Positions 59,060-64,000 of a stretch of DNA of 64,000 nucleotides are shown here, piece after piece. The stretch is from a virus: the IMG/VR virus record IMGVR_UViG_3300035698_024280. One strand, given 5' to 3'. Numbering within the stretch: position 1 is the stretch's first letter; every line of letters starts with the position of its first letter. A program made the translations under genes and the position numbers. Below the pieces are notes generated by a model, which was not told the origin of the DNA, ran no database searches, and was given only the letters and a program-made list of their open reading frames with translations.

Positions 59060-59813
59060 AAATATATGTCTCGTAGTCTATTAAGCCTACACCTAATTCG
59101 TTATATTTGTCTGTTAACTTTCGCTGATCCTTATATATTAAAGGGTCAGCGAATCCAGCATCTATAAACCCTTGCAATCTTAAAGAGCTGCTAGCGGTAG
59201 TATAATCAGGTAAATTTGACCCATCATAGCAGGTCCATGTCTCGCTGAATTTGACTTTATGATTTATACCTTCTCTTACAATATCTGCCTTAGACATCTC
59301 AATTAATGGGGCTTCTACAACGACTGGCGAAGCTCTGTTTAGATTTAATATATTATTTATACTATCTAAGAACTCAACAGACCCGTCCCAGTAGCCAGCT
59401 AACGAATCAGCCTGAGCTGCGCCATGCCATATTGTGGTAGCTCCTACAGCTTCAGCCCTAGCGGCAGCTATACTAAGAAATAACATATTTCTATTTGGTA
59501 CATACGTTTTAGGCTGCGCTTCGCCTTGAATATCTCTTATATTAGGAGTATCTATACTATCATTTGTAAGCGAACTAGTAGGCGCAAGCTCTTTAAGGAA
59601 CCTTATATCTAAAACCTGGTGATATACCCTCTTATGTTTCTTTCTAGCATACCCTATTTGCGTTTCGGCGCAGGTAATTTCTTTACTATGTCGCTGCCCG
59701 TAATCAAAAGTAATACAATATATTTCATCGAACTCTAATAAGGCCTTGTGTAACAATACTGTACTATCCATCCCTCCAGACATAGGTAGTACTAATTTTT
59801 TTATTTTACTCAT
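59049..59813 (-). CDS. queC: 7-cyano-7-deazaguanine synthase QueC-like (Zn-ligand Cys mostly lost)
   Basis: SGGMDST, FDYGQRH, TYVPNRNMLFLS, APLI..SK..IV, TWTCY. Confidence 0.9.
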   Translation of the reverse strand: MSKIKKLVLPMSGGMDSTVLLHKALLEFDEIYCITFDYGQRHSKEITCAETQIGYARKKHKRVYHQVLDIRFLKELAPTSSLTNDSIDTPNIRDIQGEAQPKTYVPNRNMLFLSIAAARAEAVGATTIWHGAAQADSLAGYWDGSVEFLDSINNILNLNRASPVVVEAPLIEMSKADIVREGINHKVKFSETWTCYDGSNLPDYTTASSSLRLQGFIDAGFADPLIYKDQRKLTDKYNELGVGLIDYETYIFKL

Positions 59814-59825
59814 TTTTTTATATTA

Positions 59826-60590
59826 TTATGGCAGCGATGGGTCTAAACTCCAGGCTTCGACAACATATTTTCTAACATAATCCCAAGGCATCTGAAACGT
59901 TCCTGAATCTCCCCAATTTTCCCCCCAGGAATTGACTACCGTAATACCCTCCTCATCAACCCCATCAACATACACCCAATGATAACCTACAATCGGGTCA
60001 TTTATATTGGGGGTTAATAAGCTTCCGGTTTCTGATGTATAAGTCTCAAATGATGCATGAACTGCCATTGTTATACCAATAGGTAGCTGCTCAACAGCTA
60101 TACAATATGCAAAGTCGTTTTTTGTATTATCGAAATTATCTTTATCAATATGTATTCTATGATATGATTTAAATTTAATAAGATCACTGTCTGGCAATTT
60201 CGGTGGCGCTTCAGAATAATTAGTAGGTGACCAGGTTGGGTTTTCACAAACACCCCTACTTATAAGATTTTTAAACACATCCCTAGGGTATGCTCCTGTA
60301 TTATTTTTCTCCCAACCGTTTGATCGACGCGCCCAATACCATATCCAGAAGGGGTTAAAATCAATATTAATGCCTGTAATTCTTTTATAGGTAGAATGCA
60401 ACATTCCAGCTGTGCCATGACCGGTACACGATCCCCAACTTCCCTGATTTAATATACCGCCCCTATATTCCCTCAGAGAAGATTCAACTATTGGGGTAGT
60501 ACTACCTGCAACATATATTCTATCTCTCTCATCAGGTAATGAGGGCATTACAAATGAGTATTTTTTTCTTAATTTTCTTTTAAAATTCAT
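59826..60590 (-). CDS. Papain-like (C1) cysteine peptidase
   Basis: NQGSWGSCTGHG (Gln, catalytic Cys), YHWV..DG (His), VNSWGENWGDSG (Asn); N-terminal PSLPDERD. Confidence 0.9.
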   Translation of the reverse strand: MNFKRKLRKKYSFVMPSLPDERDRIYVAGSTTPIVESSLREYRGGILNQGSWGSCTGHGTAGMLHSTYKRITGINIDFNPFWIWYWARRSNGWEKNNTGAYPRDVFKNLISRGVCENPTWSPTNYSEAPPKLPDSDLIKFKSYHRIHIDKDNFDNTKNDFAYCIAVEQLPIGITMAVHASFETYTSETGSLLTPNINDPIVGYHWVYVDGVDEEGITVVNSWGENWGDSGTFQMPWDYVRKYVVEAWSLDPSLP

Positions 60591-60907
60591 TGCCCTCTAA
60601 ATTTAAGATTTACTAATATGTCCATCGCTTTAATTAAAATATCTCGATCTTTTTCTTTTGACCAAGCCTCAAGTTTCCATAAAGATGGGTATGCTGATAA
60701 TGTATGGTCTTTATATGCATCAGCAAATAGTTTTATTTTTGTTTTATCTTTTGTAATATACGTCATCTCAGTAATATATTTTGCAATTAAAAAATTATTG
60801 CTAGGCTCGACTGTAGTTTGTACTGGTGGTTCTGGAGTTGAATTGGTATTAATTACACCACAACTCTGGAAAAGACAAATACTAATACAAAATATTAAAT
60901 ATCTCAT
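60587..60907 (-). CDS. Putative lipoprotein
   Basis: Signal peptide MRYLIFCISICLFQS-C followed by a Pro/Thr linker; TATAAATA 5 nt upstream. Confidence 0.7.
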   Translation of the reverse strand: MRYLIFCISICLFQSCGVINTNSTPEPPVQTTVEPSNNFLIAKYITEMTYITKDKTKIKLFADAYKDHTLSAYPSLWKLEAWSKEKDRDILIKAMDILVNLKFRGQ

Positions 60908-60954
60908 ATTAGTATTTATAGGTTATTTAAAATATTACTATTATAAAATATACT

Positions 60955-62106
60955 TTATGTTTTTGCTATCTCTTCTGTATCGGTTACATCGGCACTATCT
61001 AAAATAGCTAATTCATCTGGATCTACCTCAGGAGGTATATCATTATTTTCCAAATTAGCATAGTTCCATTCAGCTTTCATACGTTGTTCTATTATAGGTA
61101 TAATTGTATTTTCCCACAACTCTGTATTTGATCTGAATGCTTTATAGTATCCAATCTTTTTACCACCCTCGAGGGTGTATGTAGAGCCGGTCTGTATCAA
61201 CGCACCTAACCCGGTAGCTATATCTAGTAAACCATAATATCTATCAAGGCCTGAAGAAAATGATAAATATATCTCTCCCTCCAGGTATTGTTTAATAAAT
61301 CTATTCTTTAATGTGAGAGCTCTGATTATAATACCTGGGTATTTTTTCTGACTAACAGCTAACTTTGCATCAGAGATTTTACCACCATCATCCTTCATAG
61401 GTTTTCTAGTTAACTGAACTGTAACAGATGGTAGATATTTAACTGATTTTCCACCCGACATATTTTTTTCAATAGACGGATACATAGCTGAAGGATCATC
61501 ATATACATGATTAGTAATTAAAACTGTTGTATTAGTTATACTTCCTAAGTTCGTACATGTTTGCATTAGAGATTTAATAGCCCTTGCCCGTGACCCCATA
61601 TCAGATGAGGTATTATCATTAGTCATTCTCTTAAGCTCTAACTCAGATTGAAGATTACCGAGGGAATCTATGGCAATAATAAATTTACCTTCCAGCCCGT
61701 TCTCTCTAACCTTCTCAAGAAAATTGTAAATTGAATTTCTAGTCTGCTCAATACTTGTTGTAGGTACATATTTTACATTCTTAATATCTAATCCTAATCT
61801 TGCGGCTCCTGCCGGATCTATCGCATTTTCAGTATCAAATATTACCGGTATAAGTCCCTGCTTTTGTGCAGAGGCTAATATCTTGCAAACAAATAATGAC
61901 TTTCCAGTCATACTCTCACCAGCGAGCATTGTTACTCGTCCCTTAGGTATGCCTCCAGAGGTACTTCCAGATATTATTGCATTTAATACATAAGAGCCGG
62001 TATCAATCCACTCATCTACAAAACTCAGCGAAGAGTCATCTAGGTATGACGCAAATGGATTAATCTTATCAATTTCATCCAATACACTTTTTATATCTTT
62101 TTCCAT
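60955..62106 (-). CDS. uvsX: RecA-like recombinase UvsX
   Basis: DTGSY.LNA.ISG, AGESMTGKS, FDTE.A, IDSLGNL, DM..RA..IKSL, NHVY, SGG..V.Y, GLDRYYGLLD.A. Confidence 0.95.
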   Translation of the reverse strand: MEKDIKSVLDEIDKINPFASYLDDSSLSFVDEWIDTGSYVLNAIISGSTSGGIPKGRVTMLAGESMTGKSLFVCKILASAQKQGLIPVIFDTENAIDPAGAARLGLDIKNVKYVPTTSIEQTRNSIYNFLEKVRENGLEGKFIIAIDSLGNLQSELELKRMTNDNTSSDMGSRARAIKSLMQTCTNLGSITNTTVLITNHVYDDPSAMYPSIEKNMSGGKSVKYLPSVTVQLTRKPMKDDGGKISDAKLAVSQKKYPGIIIRALTLKNRFIKQYLEGEIYLSFSSGLDRYYGLLDIATGLGALIQTGSTYTLEGGKKIGYYKAFRSNTELWENTIIPIIEQRMKAEWNYANLENNDIPPEVDPDELAILDSADVTDTEEIAKT

Positions 62107-62112
62107 AAATTA

Positions 62113-62496
62113 TTATACATCAAAAAGATTAACTACCTTACTAGTCTCTGGGGGAATTATCTGTGGTGATTGAACATATCCAAATGTTCGGTTGTACTGA
62201 TTTACTAAATTATCAGCTAACTCTATAGGTTTATCAGATTGAACAATTTGGGATGTTTTAAAATCCCATTGTACTCCGGTTTTCCTCTGATTGCCTGATA
62301 GCAACTCAGAAAACCAGAGAGGGAATAATTGTACTTGTATTTGACCCCCCTCTACTGCATTTAAGTGTACTGCTACTGGATTTTTTACAGATAATACATC
62401 TTTTGTCTCTTTAACAAGTTCACCTATAAGGCTTCGCTCGTTTTGAATAAAACTAACTAATTGATTTGCTTTAATTTCTTTTGAATCTTCGCTCAT
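62113..62496 (-). CDS. T4-like conserved hypothetical protein (possible Sm-like fold)
   Basis: LIGEL...L.VKNP...Q.QL.P...L..QYN..FG pattern. Confidence 0.55.
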   Translation of the reverse strand: MSEDSKEIKANQLVSFIQNERSLIGELVKETKDVLSVKNPVAVHLNAVEGGQIQVQLFPLWFSELLSGNQRKTGVQWDFKTSQIVQSDKPIELADNLVNQYNRTFGYVQSPQIIPPETSKVVNLFDV

Positions 62497-62502
62497 ACAT
62501 AT

Positions 62503-62530
62503 ATTGTAAAGTATAATACGTATAGTTCAA
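62503..62530 (-). promoter_or_regulatory. Sigma70-like promoter TTGAAC-N16-TACAAT
   Basis: -10 ends 6 nt before the ATG at 62496. Confidence 0.6.
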
Positions 62531-63663
62531 GCAAATAAATCAAACAAATCGGTCTTTATTTGGTCATTAGGTTTTCTAGCTACCCAATTAACGCGCTTAT
62601 AAAATCTCTCTACTACGTTGAATATAATTTTACTAAACATCTTCTCATAGTCAATTTTAAACATACCCTCTAACTCTACTGGAAATTTATCTTTAAACCC
62701 TATAGCTGATACTCCGTATTTATTACCCTTTTGAACATACATCCATCTTAACTTATCACCTTGAGCAGCGGGCTCATATATTTTATCTAAATTATTATCT
62801 TTCAATACACAATTATAAAAATATCCAGCTTTTGCATGAATTGGCATCCCCTTACATGTATTAAAATTATGACAATCTTTAAGATATTTATCGAATGAAG
62901 ATAAACCAACAACAAATGCAGTATCCTCTACAGGTAATGATATAAACACATCATATGCCTTTTTAACAGCCTCATCTGTATCCTTCTGCTTCCGTCCTAT
63001 CAGCATAGTTTCAATTATATCCTTTACATATGGCTTTACTGCATCTGGCATAGTTGTTCTAACTACTTCTACCCCAGTATATTTAAACTTGTCCATAGTA
63101 ATACCTTCATCATCTAAGATATGCATAGCGTATCTTTTTTTCTCTAAAAAAAGACTTACATCACTAATAACTTCTCTCTTAAATAATAATCGACAGTCTT
63201 CAGAGTTAAAGGCTGACTTAGCCCATTCTATTATCTTTTCATTTAAATATACCGTTAATTTTTCACAGTAATCATAAACCTCCGCCGTTAATTTATTATT
63301 ACTATCTACAAAATTCGGGATTTTACCTGAATCTACTAATGACTTTAATGATATATAGCAGGAGTCTGTATCGTTGTATAAAATAGGGCTGTTTTTAGAC
63401 ATATAAACATTAGATACTCCTGCTTCTTTTTGTAAAAACTCAGCAGCAAACTTATTAGACTGCTTAATCACTGCCTGACCAGATAGCGTTATGCTACTTG
63501 CTATATCATCATCACCGATAGGTGAGTGTTTATTACCAAAATATCCATAGGCGCTATTTATAAGCACTTTTATAGTAAGTTGTTTTGTATCTAATCGATT
63601 TTCCTCCATCCGGAGCTCATGACGCTTTTGCTTTAGCGCTACTATCTTATCTTCAATATGCAT
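62527..63663 (-). CDS. gp43B: Family B DNA polymerase gp43, C-terminal subunit (gp43B)
   Basis: QLTIKVLINSAYG (motif B), YNDTDSCY (motif C), KKRYA, KYTGVEVVRT. Confidence 0.93.
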   Translation of the reverse strand: MHIEDKIVALKQKRHELRMEENRLDTKQLTIKVLINSAYGYFGNKHSPIGDDDIASSITLSGQAVIKQSNKFAAEFLQKEAGVSNVYMSKNSPILYNDTDSCYISLKSLVDSGKIPNFVDSNNKLTAEVYDYCEKLTVYLNEKIIEWAKSAFNSEDCRLLFKREVISDVSLFLEKKRYAMHILDDEGITMDKFKYTGVEVVRTTMPDAVKPYVKDIIETMLIGRKQKDTDEAVKKAYDVFISLPVEDTAFVVGLSSFDKYLKDCHNFNTCKGMPIHAKAGYFYNCVLKDNNLDKIYEPAAQGDKLRWMYVQKGNKYGVSAIGFKDKFPVELEGMFKIDYEKMFSKIIFNVVERFYKRVNWVARKPNDQIKTDLFDLFA

Positions 63664-63674
63664 TTTAATATATA

Positions 63675-63714
63675 CCCCTCTTTAATATGGTAATGTGTAA
63701 ATTTGGTAGATCAA
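63675..63714 (-). promoter_or_regulatory. Internal promoter TTGATC-N16-TACCAT and SD-like AGAGGGG for gp43B
   Basis: Both lie in or at the 47-nt gap between the polymerase halves. Confidence 0.45.
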
Positions 63715-64000
63715 CTTAAGACACCTAAGGCATTTTTCTTATTAAGTTTCTCTAATTTTTTGATAGCCTTGTCTACCTCATTTGCCTCTATTTTTATAGC
63801 CTGCAATGATTTTTTAATTTCAACGCGCTTATTATAATAAAAATCTACCATCTCGGGCATTATGCCTTTTTTCTTTTGAGAGAATAAAATGCCAGCTTTA
63901 GATATAGCTATTTTTTCCTTATGTACTAATCTACCGAATTGTTCTAAAGGTAATTCGAATGTCTCACCGTTTACATACCTGACTGTAATTGTCTTATCGT
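63711..64000 (-). CDS. gp43A: Family B DNA polymerase gp43, N-terminal subunit (gp43A; 5' part outside window)
   Basis: Hand translation gives ...AISKAGILFSQKKKGIMPEMVDFYYNKRVEIKK...NALGVLS-TGA. This is the gp43 segment that precedes the first fingers helix. Confidence 0.88.
   Translation of the reverse strand, partial: DKTITVRYVNGETFELPLEQFGRLVHKEKIAISKAGILFSQKKKGIMPEMVDFYYNKRVEIKKSLQAIKIEANEVDKAIKKLEKLNKKNALGVLS

Noticed and set aside
63664-63716. T4 gene 60-style ribosomal hop across the 47-nt polymerase gap
   Set aside because: The take-off codon AGT has no matching landing codon in the gp43B frame, which has an in-frame TAA ending 18 nt before its ATG. A promoter and SD-like signal explain independent initiation.
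1-64000. Stop-codon reassignment as in some large phages
   Set aside because: Code 11 gives dense, full-length genes, and TAA, TAG and TGA all end conserved genes at the expected positions.

Overview
This AT-rich window comes from a large T4-like (Tevenvirinae/Kyanoviridae-grade) myovirus. It uses the standard genetic code, and I found no tRNA, CRISPR array, integrase or reverse transcriptase. Layout: the end of tail sheath gp18; an opposite-strand accessory cassette (two putative head internal proteins, a PAS-membrane protein, a TraR-like Zn finger, a frameshifted Zn-finger gene, RfbB, Hsp20); a tail tube/baseplate module with duplicated gp19-, gp26- and gp48-like genes, gp53, a gp27-like hub, gp25 and gp6; terminase small subunit, dUTPase and clamp loader; about 13 kb of PKD/beta-propeller/LamG baseplate proteins; tail fibres; a late operon joining a poly-Thr lectin-like protein to two glycosyltransferases; and a replication module (primase, RNase H, gp45, gp32, gp59-like, DHH, gp41, UvsX, split gp43). 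The replication module also contains a glycosyltransferase, a class II amidotransferase, a Cys-depleted QueC and a lipoprotein/papain-like peptidase pair. Main findings: (1) a candidate virion O-glycosylation system; (2) a late-expressed PAS-coiled coil-TM protein coupled to an unannotated small membrane ORF; (3) a capsid-targeting-like N-terminal tag, duplicated as an identical 30-nt cassette; (4) near-universal leaderless promoter architecture; (5) a Zn-less QueC with a stand-alone GATase; (6) a split DNA polymerase. All product calls come from motif recognition by eye; no database search was run.
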